Of a stretch of 64,000 bases of DNA, positions 50,942-64,000 are shown one piece after another (within the stretch, counting starts at the first letter, position 1; every line of letters begins with the position of its first letter). The notes under the pieces are model-generated. The model was not told the DNA's origin. It saw nothing but the letters and a program-made list of their open reading frames with translations, and did not search any database. The translations under genes and the position numbers were made by a program. The stretch is from the NCBI RefSeq assembly GCF_018350175.1, contig NC_058368.1:41294001-41358000 (forward strand). Direction: 5' to 3'. The stretch is from Felis catus. Its lineage: Eukaryota.

Positions 50942-51141
50942 TTTTCCTTCAACTAGACATTCTCTTCCCCTGCCATCATCATTATTGTCCCTTGTAACAG
51001 TTTTCATTCAGTACTGAAGGCTTGTTCTATTATGACCTTCTACCCTATCATGACCTGAATTAGGGCTTTACTTTACTCTCCCGCTATAAAGCTATTTCCC
51101 CAATCTCTGCTGTATGTTCACTCACCCATTAGGAAGACATA

Positions 51142-51167
51142 ATGATGATGATGATGATGATGATGAT
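51142..51167. repeat. (ATG)n microsatellite
   Basis: Read directly. Confidence 0.95.
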
Positions 51168-52207
51168 TATGATAATAACACCTACTCCAAAAACAACTAG
51201 TGCTTTGTTCACATGTCATCTCATTCAATGCTTTCAGTAGTCCTGGAGGTAGATACACAAGTGTTCTTGTCTTTGTTTGAAATGTTAGTAAACTCCAGTA
51301 ACAGTTTGTGAATTACTAGTTCCTAATTTCCTTCCAGTTTCTCAAGGTTATTAAACCTTTTCCCATAAAATACACAGAGAATCTTCTACAAATGCAAAAA
51401 AACTCAGATGGGTCCTAATACCAACCATATTCTAAGCCAATTCTGATCTATAAAACAGCAGGTGCTTTTAACATCAGCATTTTCTTACCCTCATTTCATA
51501 ACAAATGCAGTTAAACCTTTTCTTTGTTTTTCTAATAAAATCTTTACACTGGATTATTCTACCATTCATCCCCTATTGTATGTATGTGAAACTACAATTT
51601 AGCATATCTGGTGCAAGATCTGAATACCATCATATGCTCTGCCTTATTAAAATAATTACTTTTCCCTCTTACCCCTTGTAAAACACAACTCTCTCTTCCA
51701 CCCCACCATACCCCAAACCATCACCTTGTTCGTGCAGTTGCCCCTCCATCCCCCACCATACAACACATTTAGGTATCACCTTGTTTCCCCCATCTATAGG
51801 ATTGGCCACCTCTTCATGACCTGTACCTCACTTCCTTAGATTTGGATGTGTGTGTCTGGAGGGAGGTGGGAGATTTACCCAGGGCACTCCCACCTCCAAG
51901 GCCAGTCAGTAATCATTCCCTGAGCCGTGGCAGTGCTTTGCTGCCCAATCTTTATGCTAGAATCAGGACCTTGTTCTTGTTTCTCTAGCACGTAATGGCT
52001 TCAGTTTTTTTCTTTTTCACTTCATCTTATACCTAATGGGCCAGTATAAAAATTCATACACACAAGCACACACATACTGAAATACAATTTTATGAAATCA
52101 TACTAACCCTTGGCAAGTGAGTTGGTTCTACCATTCTTAATTTTTTATTTTGTTCTACTTTATACTACTTTATTCTGTGCTTTATTCTAGACTTTTCTGT
52201 TATTTTC

Positions 52208-52375
52208 TCCTTTTTTATTTTTAATTTTTCTATGAAATTTATTGTCAAATTGGTTTTCATACCACACCCAGTGCTCATCCCAACAGGTGCTCTCCTCAAT
52301 GCCCATCACCCACTTTCCTTTCCCTCCCACCCCCCATCAACCCTCAGTTTATTCTCAGTTTTTAAGAGTCTCTTA
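52208..52375 (-). mobile_element. Short, heavily 5'-truncated felid L1 3'UTR
   Basis: tgaaatttattgtcaaattggttttcataccacacccagtgctcatcccaacaggtgc...aaccctcagtttattctcagtttttaagagtctctta. Confidence 0.88.
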
Positions 52376-52734
52376 AAGGCTGATCAAAATAAAATAAAAT
52401 GAATTCACAATTTGCTAAGTGGATCATGACCCACAATTTGGTAAGACAATGCTGCATCTTGCTAGTAATGTTCCACTTAGGAAAACATTTTCCAAAAGAT
52501 AACAGCTGCTGCTCACCAGGCTGCCGACGTCTTTGGCCTCAAACTTAGAAACCGATGACCAAGTTTTAAGTAAGTTGCCATACCTTCCACCACAGGTTAA
52601 AAACACATGAACTATTATCACTATTTGGTCACCAGTTCATAGAAAAATTATGATAAGAAATCTTCTAGCTGCTGCTTTTTTTCTAAAATCTATTTGTAAG
52701 ATACACAAGAACGGATAATTTGTTTTATTAATTG

Positions 52735-52820
52735 ATGCAGCCTGTGTCTAGACAGATGCTGGCATATAGAGAGCACTCAAATATTTGTTGAATGAATCAA
52801 TCAATGAATCAGTGAATGTT
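52735..52820 (+). mobile_element. L2 3' end
   Basis: ctggcatataga...cactcaaatatttgttgaatgaatcaatcaatgaatc. Confidence 0.75.
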
Positions 52821-53084
52821 TGGAAGAGGTTTAGTAGATTGTTACTTATTCATGCATTCTCTCATTCAATAAGCATCTGATGGATACCCATTATTTGTTA
52901 GTCACTGTGCCCAGTTACATTATACAATTACTTCAAACCAAGTCCCTATTTTTAAGAATCTCTCAAATTAGTGGAATCTATCTTCTGTAACTGCCCCAGT
53001 ATTAAAGGACATTAATAGTAGGTTAATACCTATCCTTTGCTATACGTGGGGTTTCATATACGACATGTATGTTAATTTTCTCCT

Positions 53085-53430
53085 TGTCAGTCAACAAATA
53101 TTTAAAGAACACCTGGAATGTGTCAGGCACTGTTCTACACCCAGGAGACAGAAAGATCAGCAAGAAAAATTCCCCTCCTTCAAGGAGCTCACAGTTCAAT
53201 GGGATTGGATAGAAATACAGTATAAACAAGGAAATAAATAAGGTGAAGTAAATAGCATTAAACACAATGAAGAAATCAAGCATGGCAAGAAATAAAAAAT
53301 GATTTGGGAGGGAGGGTTAGGTTAGAAAGAAGAGAGAGCTCTCCTTAGCACAGCTTCTAAAATCTTCTAGAAGACAGTGGGAAGCTGAAATGTTGGGGAA
53401 ACTGTGTCTGGAAAAGGCAAAAAGCACCTC
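53085..53430 (-). mobile_element. L2 3' fragment
   Basis: tcaacaaatattta...tgtgtcaggcactgttcta...ccttcaaggagctcacagttcaatggg. Confidence 0.8.
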
Positions 53431-54284
53431 TCTCCTTTTTCTGTTCAGAAGGACATAATGTTTGCACTGTTCAAAGTTTGAAATTTCACTATTGCTGAAC
53501 ATTCATCCTCAAGGAAGAAAAAAATTCACACACGCACAAAAATTAAGACAAGAAAGAAAAGAAACAGAACCTTCTCTTTTTAAGCAACCAAGGTTAGTAC
53601 AAAATATTTTGCTGCAAAGGAGGACAGAGTGTTAAATTGAACCCATGTTTAAAGGGAAACGATTGTTATGACATGCATTTCTCATATCAGAGCAATTTAG
53701 ATAGGAAATCACCAGTAAGCAAACATTCTGTATTATAAATGGAAAAAATCCTGAAAGGATTATTGTTGTCTTTTTCACTGAACACATCAGCAAGAAAATT
53801 ATTCAGCCCCAGGCAGAGGAAACAAATATCATCAAGTACAACAGTGTTGCTGTTTGGATCCTTCTCCTATCCTCAAGGACTGTCATGTTTTCAATACTCA
53901 TTTCTTTGTATGTCACCTTTCAGTACAAGTCTTTATGTCTTGTACTCGTTCAGTCTGTTCAATTCTTGATTGCCTCCATTGTGAACTTTTAGAATTTTAA
54001 GCATACCAAGGACGACTACTTTTCCTGACATAAGATTATGATGAAAAGCTAAAAATAAATACAATTTGAACACATCTGAAGTAAGTTTACATAAGTAGAC
54101 TGTTTTAAATCTTTATAAAAACAAAATTTATATTCTTGGAAGTCAGATACAGACACTTTTAGATATACCTAGGATAGTGTTATAAGTAATCTTTCAGTAA
54201 AAACAAGCTAAATGGAGGGAAAAACAGCAGTATAGTCATTCTATTATAAAGTCACTCTGAGAAGAAAAACAGAAACATGAAACA

Positions 54285-54790
54285 TAGTCCCTTAAGATCC
54301 ATTCCTCACTATTTGCTTCTCTGCTTATATGATAGGGTTCCTGACCTTAAGGGTTCATTTTCCAAGCTCTCACATCAGCAGACATCTGACTCTTGCCCAT
54401 GGGGACCATGGGGGAGACAGGGTAATGGGAGAAAGGAAGAAGTCAGCATTTCTTCCCCTTGCCAGCATTATTATCACTGTGCCAATGCTACCCCCAGCAA
54501 TGCCCACATGCCCTCTGTGGCTCTAACTCTCACTAGACAGGACTGACCAAATTTGGCTGTTGCAGATAAACCTCTCTCGTTAGCATGAGTAACATGGCCT
54601 CTTTACTTTTTACCTCCAGCCAGAATGAACTAGAGGCTCCCCGTTGTCGCGGCTATCTATATTTTACCATCGACCCCATTTCGTTGCTCAGCTTTTCCAT
54701 TATCAGTGCCAGCATTTCTCTTTATTAAGTTCTCTCTGCTTTAAATTTGTGGAGTGGTTTAATTTTTCTAGTTACAACTTGAAGAATACA
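54285..54790 (+). mobile_element. ERVL LTR relic (LTR33/LTR41-like)
   Basis: cattttccaagctctc...gcccatggggacc...gggagaaaggaagaagtcagcatttcttccc; ends tttattaagttctctctgc...gaataca. Confidence 0.55.
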
Positions 54791-54838
54791 AGCAATATGT
54801 GATCTGCTTCACACATATGTACAATATTAAAATATTAA

Positions 54839-55057
54839 GGGGCGCCTGGGTGTCGCAGTAGGGTAAGCGTCAGACTTCAGCCAGGTCACGATCTCGCGGT
54901 CTGGGAGTTCGAGCCCCGCGTCAGGCTCTGGGCTGACGGCTCAGAGCCTGGAGCCTGTTTCTGATTCTGTGTCTCCCTCTCTCTCTGCCCCTCCCCCGTT
55001 CATGCTCTGTCTCTCTCTGTCCCCAAAATAAATAAACGGTGAAAAAAAATTTTTTTT
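54839..55057 (+). mobile_element. Can-SINE, young felid subtype
   Basis: ggggcgcctgggtgtcgcagt...cagccaggtcacgatctcgcgg; flanked by aatattaa repeats. Confidence 0.97.
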
Positions 55058-55299
55058 AATATTAAAATGTGTATATTGAAACGTAGTCTTTTCATACATA
55101 TGGTTATAAGTACATATCCTTATATTTTTTCCATTATTAAATTTTGTGTCAGACATTTATATGAGTGTTCTATAAATTGTTCCATCAAAATTATTTTATA
55201 ACGCTTATCAGTTTCTATACGATGAAGGCTTCCTTATTCCTATGTGGGGAACACTAACTTGATAAATTTTAGTGTGTCTCTATTATTCCTTTTTAGAGA

Positions 55300-55841
55300 A
55301 TGCTTCCCCATTTTGCAAAAGAAAACCACCTTTCTTAGCATTCTCTTCTTCCTACCTCTTCCATATTGTTTTTACTGAAGTTTCTATTTTTTCCCCACAA
55401 ATTGAGTCTCTCATGTTTGATTGGTCCAAGCTAGGCAAATAAAGGAGGAGGATGAGGAGAAGGAAAGTAACAATCACTTTTTCTGGGAGTTTTAGACTTG
55501 GTTTTGCTCTATGTTTGGTTGACTGTGGTGTCTGCCTTATGAAGAAAACTAATGTGAAATGAAATGATAAACCAATATTCAAAGAGAAGCAGAAAGGAGA
55601 AAGGTAGAGTTTCTTTGAGAAAGGTAGATTCTCTTTGCAATTCTTTTGAAACTGACCTTTATTCCTGCCCTTTCCATCTGTGTTTTTAAAATATAAATAG
55701 ACATATATATGAATATATGAATATATACATATTAATTTAAGTAATTGGGGGACATACTCTAAGCCATATAACCATTTTTGAGTAAGCTCGGTTGAGTTCA
55801 TTTTCTGTCACTTGCAACCTAAACATGTCTTAAGTAAGACA
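55300..55841 (+). mobile_element. MaLR (MLT1-like) LTR relic
   Basis: 3' end taagctcggttgagttcattttctgtcacttgcaacctaaacatgtcttaagtaagaca resembles MLT1 termini. Confidence 0.55.
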
Positions 55842-56571
55842 AATTTCATTTTATTATGTTGTGTTGATATGTCATACTGTTAAACCTGTTCCTTAGAACA
55901 AGGACATTTCTTGTGTTAGGGTAATGAGGCCTCACATAGAAGCTAAATTATTCCTCTTGTCTAGAATCCATTTTTAAAAGGTTGAAATCCCAACTTCAAC
56001 CAGAATTGAGAGCAAAAGCCACAGGTGGGCTGCAGAGTGGAAATCTGGCTCTTCTCATCCTTGACCACGAATAAGACAAAATGTCTACACACGTTGGGGT
56101 GAAATTTAAGATGTTATAGAACAGACAGCAAGTTAGAAGAAAGAAATTAAAAATATATATCAGGGAAGTTGATCCCAGTCTTTGAGAAACAGTATATATA
56201 CTGCAAGGCAATGCACGGAATAGGACTAGTGACTGAGTGCTCCGAATACATTATGTGAGGAGAATACAAAAACCTGCGATGTGAAATTACACTATTTTTT
56301 TCTGTTCTATTTAAATATTCATGTCTTTCTTGTTCCTCTTTATATAACTGAAATAGATGGCTTCAAGGGTAAAATGCAATTCAACTGACATAGACAGTAT
56401 GGCAGGTCAGAATTGGTAATGGCCTTTGAAATGCCTCTGTTTTGATTTCTTATATATTTATAAAGGTTACATTAAAATCTACATGTTCACAATAGCAACA
56501 TGGAGAATTATTCTAATGGAGTTTCCTTCAGTTTTATCTATCACTTTAAAAAACGTTACATCATATTTTTT

Positions 56572-56770
56572 AATGTTTTTAATGTTTTTTTTATTTTTTG
56601 AGAGAGCATAAGCGGGGGAGAAACAGAGGTTGGAGGGGGTGGACAAAGGATCAGAAGCTGGCTCTGCACTAACAGGAGCAAGCCCAATATGGAGCTCAAA
56701 CTCATGAACCATGAGATCATGACCTGAGCTCAAGTTGGACATTCAAATGACTGAGCAACCCAGGTGCCCC
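56572..56770 (-). mobile_element. Can-SINE
   Basis: TSD atcatatttttt at 56560-56571 and 56773-56784. Confidence 0.95.
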
Positions 56771-56829
56771 ATATCATATTTTTTTAAAAGATTGGGACAG
56801 TTGTATTTAAAAGCATGAAAATTATTTTG

Positions 56830-56859
56830 TTTCCTATCTATGTATTTCTCTTTTCTTTT

Positions 56860-56931
<72 letters not shown>

Positions 56932-56939
56932 TTCTTTCT

Positions 56940-56992
<53 letters not shown>

Positions 56993-57396
56993 TCTTTCTA
57001 AATTCAAGTTAGTTAACATACAGTGTAGTCTTGGCTTCAGGAGTAGAACCCAGTGATTCATCTCTTACATATGACATCCAGTGCTCATCCCATAAAGTGC
57101 CCTCTTTAAAGCCCATCACCCACTTAACCCATCTCCCCTACCTCACCTCCAGCAACCCTCAGTTTGTTCTCTATATTTAAAAGTCTCTTATGGTTTGCTT
57201 CCCTCTTTATTTTTGTCTTATTTTTCCTTCCCTTCCCCTGTGTGCATCTGTTGAGCTTCTCAAATTCTACATATGAGTGAAATCATACGATATCTTTCTT
57301 TCTCTGACTTATTTTCTTAGCATAATACTGTCCAGTTCCATCCATATTGTTGCAAATGGCAAGATTTCATTCTTTTTCATTTCTGAGTAGTTTTCC

Positions 57397-57439
<43 letters not shown>

Positions 57440-57506
57440 GTATGTATACACACACACACACGTACATATATATATGCCACATCTTCTGTATGCATTCATC
57501 AGTCGA
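56830..57506 (-). mobile_element. 5'-truncated carnivore L1 with (TTTC)n-expanded tail and internal (TA)n/(CA)n
   Basis: Peptide 'KNEILPFATIWMELDSIMLRK'; (TTTC)n at ~56850-56998; (TA)n at ~57399-57435; TSD core catgaaaat at 56814-56822 and 57507-57515. Confidence 0.93.
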
Positions 57507-59054
57507 CATGAAAATACTTTAGAGAAGCGCTTCCCTAGGATGACAGAGAAGAAGTCTTATTCAAAGCCTCCCCCACCTTGTGCAACCCATGTTTTTGGAT
57601 ATAGACATTGGATATAGACATTTGGATATATACATTTTTCAGTATTGTATTAAAGGGTAGTGTTATAAGTAATCATTCAGTAAAAACAAGCTAAATGGGA
57701 AAAAGGCACTAAAGGCATTCTATTATAAACTCACTCAATGCACAGTTTTGACTCTTCCCTAAACGTACACAAACATGCACTCACAAAAGATGTTCATTAA
57801 ATAAAACTAAAGTGTCTGAAAAAATGAGCTTTTGGCAAAATAATTAAGCCAAGGAACTCATCTGGTTACATTTTCTTCTTTCTTTTTCTTCTCTCAAAAC
57901 CTTCCAAGTACTTGTGCTCTTCCTTCTTCACTGGCTCATTGGCTGTTTTCCAAAAAATCTAATAGGTTAAAAAATGACAAAGATTTTGCCATTTAATTTA
58001 TACTTGTATTTTAAAAGAAAGATATTTGGAGAGTGAAACTTTCAGGATTCATAACAAATAAATGTTTAGTGATAGAAACTCTACCCTTGATAGTACATTG
58101 ACACAGAGTTGGGCATGTGCTCAGATTCACTGAGGTGAATACTTACTCCAGTGGATAACTTGTCAAATGTCTCAAGAGTGTGGCTAAGGACTGTAAAGTC
58201 TCCTAATATAATGATATATTCACTACACATAAACAAATTAATTTATCTATTGCTTATCTAACAAGTACATTTTATTCTTTGAAATACCAAGTTTATTCCT
58301 ATTAGCTAGTAATCCTATCTAGGGATCACAGGACTTAGGGTCAATTTCACTCGATAGAACACAAAATATTTTTAATATTCTGTGTTTGTTTAAATTTAAG
58401 TTCCTTTTGGTTGACATACAGAATTAAAAGTTACTGTATACTTCACAAAATAGTGATTAGATCTATGTCCAGATTATCCAGGGTTTTTTTAATGGTTTTT
58501 AAATTAATTCAATTAAAGTAAGTCATGAGAGAACACTCATAAAGTTCCTTGGCAGGTTTTTAAGAAAGTTTGTTTGCTTTTAGAAATTGGGTCAATTTAA
58601 TCAACATAATAATGTTTCAGTGTATGAATAATGAATGTATCTAATAATAACAAATACCAGATTTTACCCAGGAGTATGAATTAGTGACAGTAGAGTGGGA
58701 ATATAACGGAGGTAAGCTTTTCCACTTCAACCTTCGCGGTATTTCGATATTTCTAAAAGTATTTTTCATTCTAGAGTTGTCCATTTCTTAAACTTATGCA
58801 AAACTTAACTTTTTGAAATACTGCAAAGGAAACCACTACTGACAGGCATTTTTAATGAAAAATTCTTTATTTGGGACCAAGATCCATTTATCTCTGAAAT
58901 GCTATTCCTTATTCCACCAACTGATGGTGAATTATTCACCTATTAATGCAGTATCTCAAAGAATTCCTTTGCAGATCCTCAATGTCTGCCTGCTGTAGTT
59001 AAAATAACCATTCAGCCAGAACTACAGTAGCCACCTCAATTTTATGTGATTATT

Positions 59055-59283
59055 ATTTTTATTTTAGTTTAATTGTTTAAGTTTATTTTTGAGAGAGAGA
59101 GAGCACGCGCGCATGTACACATGTGTGCATGCATGCAAGCAGAGGAGGGGCAGAGAGAAGGGGAGAGAGAGAATCCCAAAAGCATGGAGCCTGGTGCCTG
59201 GATTGATCTTAGGAACCATGAGATCATGACCTGAGTTGCAATGAAGAGTCAGACATTTAACCAACTGAGCCACCCAAGCATGC
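59055..59283 (-). mobile_element. Can-SINE (older subtype)
   Basis: Reverse SINEC head tgcttgggtggctcagttggttaaatgtctgactcttcattgc... Confidence 0.9.
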
Positions 59284-59360
59284 TTATGTTATTTTTAAAT
59301 ATAACAATATAATTTCTGGAGTTATTTGGAAGATTGTTCATACAAATGATTTCACAAGTT

Positions 59361-59584
59361 TTTTTTTTTAAATTTTTTTTTAACGTTTATTTATTTTTGA
59401 GACAGAGAGAGACAGAGCATGAACGGGGAAGGGTCACAGAGAGAGGGAGACACAGAATCTGAAACAGGCTCCAGGCTCTGAGCTGTCAGCACAGAGCCCA
59501 ACGCGGGGCTTGAACCCACGGACCGTGAGATCATGACCTGAGCCGAAGTCAGACGCTTAACCGACCGAGCCACCCAGGCGCCCC
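59361..59584 (-). mobile_element. Can-SINE (young)
   Basis: 13-bp TSD gatttcacaagtt at 59348-59360 and 59586-59598. Confidence 0.98.
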
Positions 59585-59842
59585 AGATTTCACAAGTTAA
59601 AAAGAATCCTTTGCTAGATCTCTGATAAGGACTGACTTATTTTTGCTAAATATGTCCCCCATAATTACAAGAAAGGTTTCCTGTCCTTATTGAACTACTT
59701 CTCAGCTCCTGCCACAGTTGGCCTTGTGGCTGCTATCAACTTGACACTGTCTTCTTTTGGCTCTGGACAATCTTGTATAGCATTAAGTTAAATGCTGTAT
59801 CTCTTATTGCCATCTTGTTACCATCATTCTTAAGATCACACA

Positions 59843-59844
<2 letters not shown>

Positions 59845-59879
<35 letters not shown>
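59845..59879. repeat. (TG)n microsatellite
   Basis: Read directly. Confidence 0.97.
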
Positions 59880-59880
<1 letters not shown>

Positions 59881-61469
59881 TGTCATTTATTCTAATAGAG
59901 TTCCAGGTACTCTTGTCACTGTGGCATATCATTGCCCTCATTGGTCTTGCCTCCCACCACTGCCATCCTCAAAGCAAAGTGATCCTATCTTTGACTGTGT
60001 CAAAGTCATACTATGGTGGTCAAGACTGACTGCATACTGATCACTAAATCTTTCCATTCTAACAGAATAACAGAATGTATAGTCATTCTGGCATAGCACT
60101 AAATGCTAATATGTTGAAAGCCTCTGAGTTATAGATGCTAACATTCTGCATTCTAAGTATTGGGATAAAAGGGATACTTTCCAGGAAAAATGTCACTAGA
60201 AGTCCTTGTAGCATCTGTTCCACAGGGCACGTGATAATATACTCAGAGTGATACACAGAATATGCCTGAAAGTAGAATAGAAAACTTGGTTCAAATAGAA
60301 AGTTTCAAAAACAGTCCAAGATAAAAATGCATGACAAAAATATGCTATCATAAAGGTTAAGAAGTGAGATTTGCATCAAATACACTAGAACAGCACTTAA
60401 TAGGGCATTTTGTGCGATAAAGTTACATGTAATCACAAGAGGTGGTATTTGAAAAAGAAAGTAAAATTTCAAGAGAATAAAACTGAGTTTCTTTAAGATG
60501 AAAGGATAATGATACATTGAAGAAGCAGAAATAAATTACTACTTATGAAATATTACCCATTAAAGGACTATGGATAGTCAAAACATTTACTAAATAAATC
60601 ATAAAAATATAAACTCTAATATTTTTTATTTTTAAAGGGACCTAATAAAGTTGGAAATGGACAAAATACACATTAAGTATAAGTGTATGTGTTACCAAAC
60701 CTAAAATATACATAGGTTAATTTTTTTGTATTCTGTGATGATTTTATTCTAGAAACACTGGTAAACATATTGCAAGAATCAATGCTCAGTGGTGTGAAAG
60801 GTAGAAATGGGTCAGAGTATGGTGCTGGAATATGAAATTGAGAATGATTTATTTATGATTAAGGAAGACTTTACCATAAGGAAGTTCATTTTCAATATGT
60901 AAGAAGGAGGGATGGCTATAAAATCTGAAAAAAAAACATGGTATAGAGGCTTGAAATTGTCCATCAAATTTAGAAATTGATGAGAAATTTACCGCTTCCA
61001 ACTTCCCTTTCAAGTCTAATGATTATCAGATAAGAGAGGGCTGACCCATCTTTGATAGAAAATAGTCAAAGTTCAAAATACATTAGGAATTATCAAGTGG
61101 GCACCTTGGTACTCTAAATAACTTTGGGTGTCTTGAATTAGACAAATTACTTTCTGAGGTACAGTAAGATTTGCATTGATATCACTGAACGGCAGTTAAC
61201 GGTCTCTGAGGAACTATCTTGAAAATAACACAGTCCTAAAAGCTGTCAGGCTGGCTAATTCGTGGAAAATGACAGACAGTTTAAGACTGTTTTATCAAGC
61301 AGATGCCTATGAGAACTTGGAAAGACAAGAAGGGAAGAGGTCATTGTTAAAAGCTGGAATAAAAACACAAGAATTACAAAAACAAATCTCAGCAAACACA
61401 CTCATTTCCTCTTTTCCTTTCTTTCTATGCATTTATCATCATTAATTGGGGGGATGATACAGTTTAGGG

Positions 61470-61500
61470 TTTTCTTTTTTAATGTCTATGGATTTATTTT

Positions 61501-61532
<32 letters not shown>

Positions 61533-61715
61533 GAGAGAGCAAACACAAGTAGAGGAGGAGCAGAAAGAGAGAGAAGGAGGGAGAGAATCCCAAGCAGGCT
61601 CCATGCTGTCAGCACAGAGCCCGGTGTGGGACTCGATGTCATGAACCATTGAGATTATGACCAGAGCCGCAATCAAGAGTCAGACACCTAACCGACTGAG
61701 CCACTCAGGTGCACC
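61470..61715 (-). mobile_element. Can-SINE (older subtype)
   Basis: Reverse SINEC head with ...gactcttgattgcggctc; (GA)n at 61501-61539. Confidence 0.93.
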
Positions 61716-61721
61716 TACGAC

Positions 61722-61924
61722 TTTTCAATATTGGCATTGTTGCTATATTGTCCTGATGATTTTTTGTTATGGAGGGTGCCATCTTATGTATTGTAGGATG
61801 ATTAGCAGTGTTCATGGCCTCAGTCAACTGGATGCTAGAAAAATCTTTCCCTCTGTCCCCCCTCCCTGGTGTCGTGAAAATCTGTTTCTTCCCCCGAGTA
61901 CATTTCATATGGTTGAGAACCATC
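61722..61924. mobile_element. MER20 hAT-Charlie element
   Basis: ttgtaggatgattagcagtgttcatggcctcagtcaactggatgctag...ggttgagaaccatc matches the MER20 layout. Confidence 0.8.
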
Positions 61925-62015
61925 ATCAAAGATCCAAGGTATCTGAAAATTTCCAGGGAATTTGACAAAGTCTTCCATGCTGTTTGGGACAAAATGAACA
62001 GATATAAATAGAAGG

Positions 62016-62647
62016 TTTTTTTTTTTTTTCTTAATTTATTTTTTTAAATTTAATTTATTTTTTTATTTTTTAAAATTTACATACAAATTAGTTAGCATAC
62101 AGTGAAACAATGATTTCAGGAGTAGATTCCCTAATGCCCCTTACCCATTTAGCCCATCCCCCCTCCCACAACCCCTCCAGTAACCCTCAGTTTGTTCTCC
62201 GTATTTATGAGTCTCTTCTGTCTTTTCCCCCTCCCTGTTTTTATATTATTTTTGTTTCCCTTCCCTTATGTTCATCTGTTTTGTCTCCTAAAGTCCTCAT
62301 ATGAGTGAAGTTATCTGATTTTTATCTTTCTCTGACTAATTTCACTTAGCATAATCCCCTCTAGTTCCATCCACATAGTAGCCAATGGCAAAATTTCATT
62401 CTTTTTGATTGCCGAGTAATACTTCATTGTGTATATATACCACATCTTCTTTATCCATTCATCCATCGATGGACATTTGGGCTCTCTCCATACTTTGGCT
62501 ATTGTTGATAGTGCTGCTATAAACATGGGGGTGCATGTGTCCCTTCAAAACAGCACACCTGTCCCATAGATAAATGCCTAGTAGTGCAATTCCTGGGTCG
62601 TAGAGTAGTTCTATTTTTAGTTTTTTGAGGAAACTCCATACTGTTTT
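62016..62647 (-). mobile_element. 5'-truncated felid L1, same subfamily as the full-length copy
   Basis: Near-identical to 34449-35300 without the SINE; peptide MFIAALSTIAKVWREPKCPSMDEWIKKMWYIYTMKYYSAIKKNEILP; poly(T) at 62016. Confidence 0.96.
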
Positions 62648-64000
62648 ATTTTACATAGAGCAATAAGAAAACATTAAAGGGTATTAAGAGGTTTCTGATA
62701 GGAAGATATTTGTTATTTGTAACATTGTATGCAATGTTGGAAAAAACAATAGGTTGAGAACAAAAAAGAGCCACTTCAATAAGAAGTGACTAGCTTTGAT
62801 TAGAATGGTGGCAGTGAGAGTGAAGAGCAGTAGAAGGATTTGAAAGAAATTGAGGAAGAAGTAAAAGAAAATGCTGTCTGCTGGGTCTAGATTCAGCCTC
62901 ACCCCTTTTATAAATGAAGCAATCCCACGGGTTCTAGGGTTATTGGAAGCTGACCACTCTCAACCTATTGCCTACCTGGGAATTGCTTGCCAGAAGAAAG
63001 CCACGTGACCCCCAGGCATGACCCATTTCCATAACCAACCTGCTTTTAACAAAGGACCAATGCAGAGTTATACAATTCTGGATGATTTATTATTACACAT
63101 AAATAGCAACTAGAACATGCTTATTGTTTCTAACATCTGAGGTTTACTTTTAGTTCATGGTATCTTGTAAACGACATGTGACTAATGCGATTGAAGTAAT
63201 GCTCCTATGTGAAATGGCTGCATCTCTCATGGACACTCTACTAAAGGAGTTCATATACTTGAATGGACATTGCTCTGAGAAGTAGTAATTGTTGTGGTAG
63301 TGCACGGTGGTGAGGTGTTATCTTTCTCAGCCAGGCTTAGGATGTTTCCTGATTAATTTTCACTGTTTGGAAGGTTCAAAAGTGCTATGTATTTTGGCTA
63401 TTGGATAGCCAAAATATGCACACAATGTCACATTTCTCACTGGGAAACATTTCACTGAAAGGCTAAGTGATGGCTGATGCTAGAAATACACTTACAACCT
63501 GAATAAAAGTAAAGAAAATAGTAGCAAGGAAAAGTTACCGGAGCACCTATACTATGAGGAACTCAACATATTGATATTAAACTTCAACATCACAGAAAAC
63601 TCAATGTTTTCCTCTAAATTTTAGAAGGCCTTACAAGTCTATAGAAGGCCAACAATATGCCTTCTGGTTGAGTTAAAATGCAAATCTCCACCAATGAATA
63701 CTGAATCAAAATTACTTGCTCCTTTCCACATTGTGTTTCTCCAGAATGTTGGCTATAGGTTACCGGAATGACCCAGGAAAGAGGCGAGAATGTGATGATC
63801 TTTTTGGCTGCAACAAGTGAATTTCTCTGTGACTCTTCCCTATGCTTCCTTAGTACCTTTGTTTTGAAATGAGGAGAGAAGGGTGTGCTTTCTGAAATGA
63901 GCCACAGTTCAAGGAGTCCTTACTTTTAAGTTTTCCAATTGCTTCTCTTCCTGGCGACAATTATTTAAGAGTGTTCTTGATTATTATTAAATCTGGCAGG

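Noticed and set aside
55352..55801. 149-aa minus ORF
   Set aside because: Lies in an LTR relic and crosses a (TA)-rich patch; composition is not protein-like

Overview
AT-rich mammalian genomic DNA from a carnivore, almost certainly a felid, judged from about 19 tRNA-derived Can-SINEs of the cat type and cat-type L1 copies. I found no protein-coding exon, RNA gene or CpG-island promoter that I can support, so this looks like a gene desert or a large intron. The main feature is a full-length but decayed L1 on the minus strand (34449-41873). It has a perfect 17-bp target-site duplication (TSD) and a SINE nested in ORF2. The rest is layered transposon fossils (older L1s, L2, MIR, CR1/L3, an RTE-clade LINE relic, Tigger, MER5A/MER20, MaLR/ERV LTRs) and microsatellites. 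The observations most worth checking are: a ~315-codon antisense frame with a single internal stop in the L1 5'UTR; an orphan old L1 5'UTR head-to-head with the young L1; an ~83-bp direct repeat of non-repeat-looking sequence with copies 3.5 kb apart; a nested AT-rich palindrome at 7285-7391; and the RTE relic. I see no convincing new multi-gene system. Repeat family names come from recalled consensus motifs, not from a database search.
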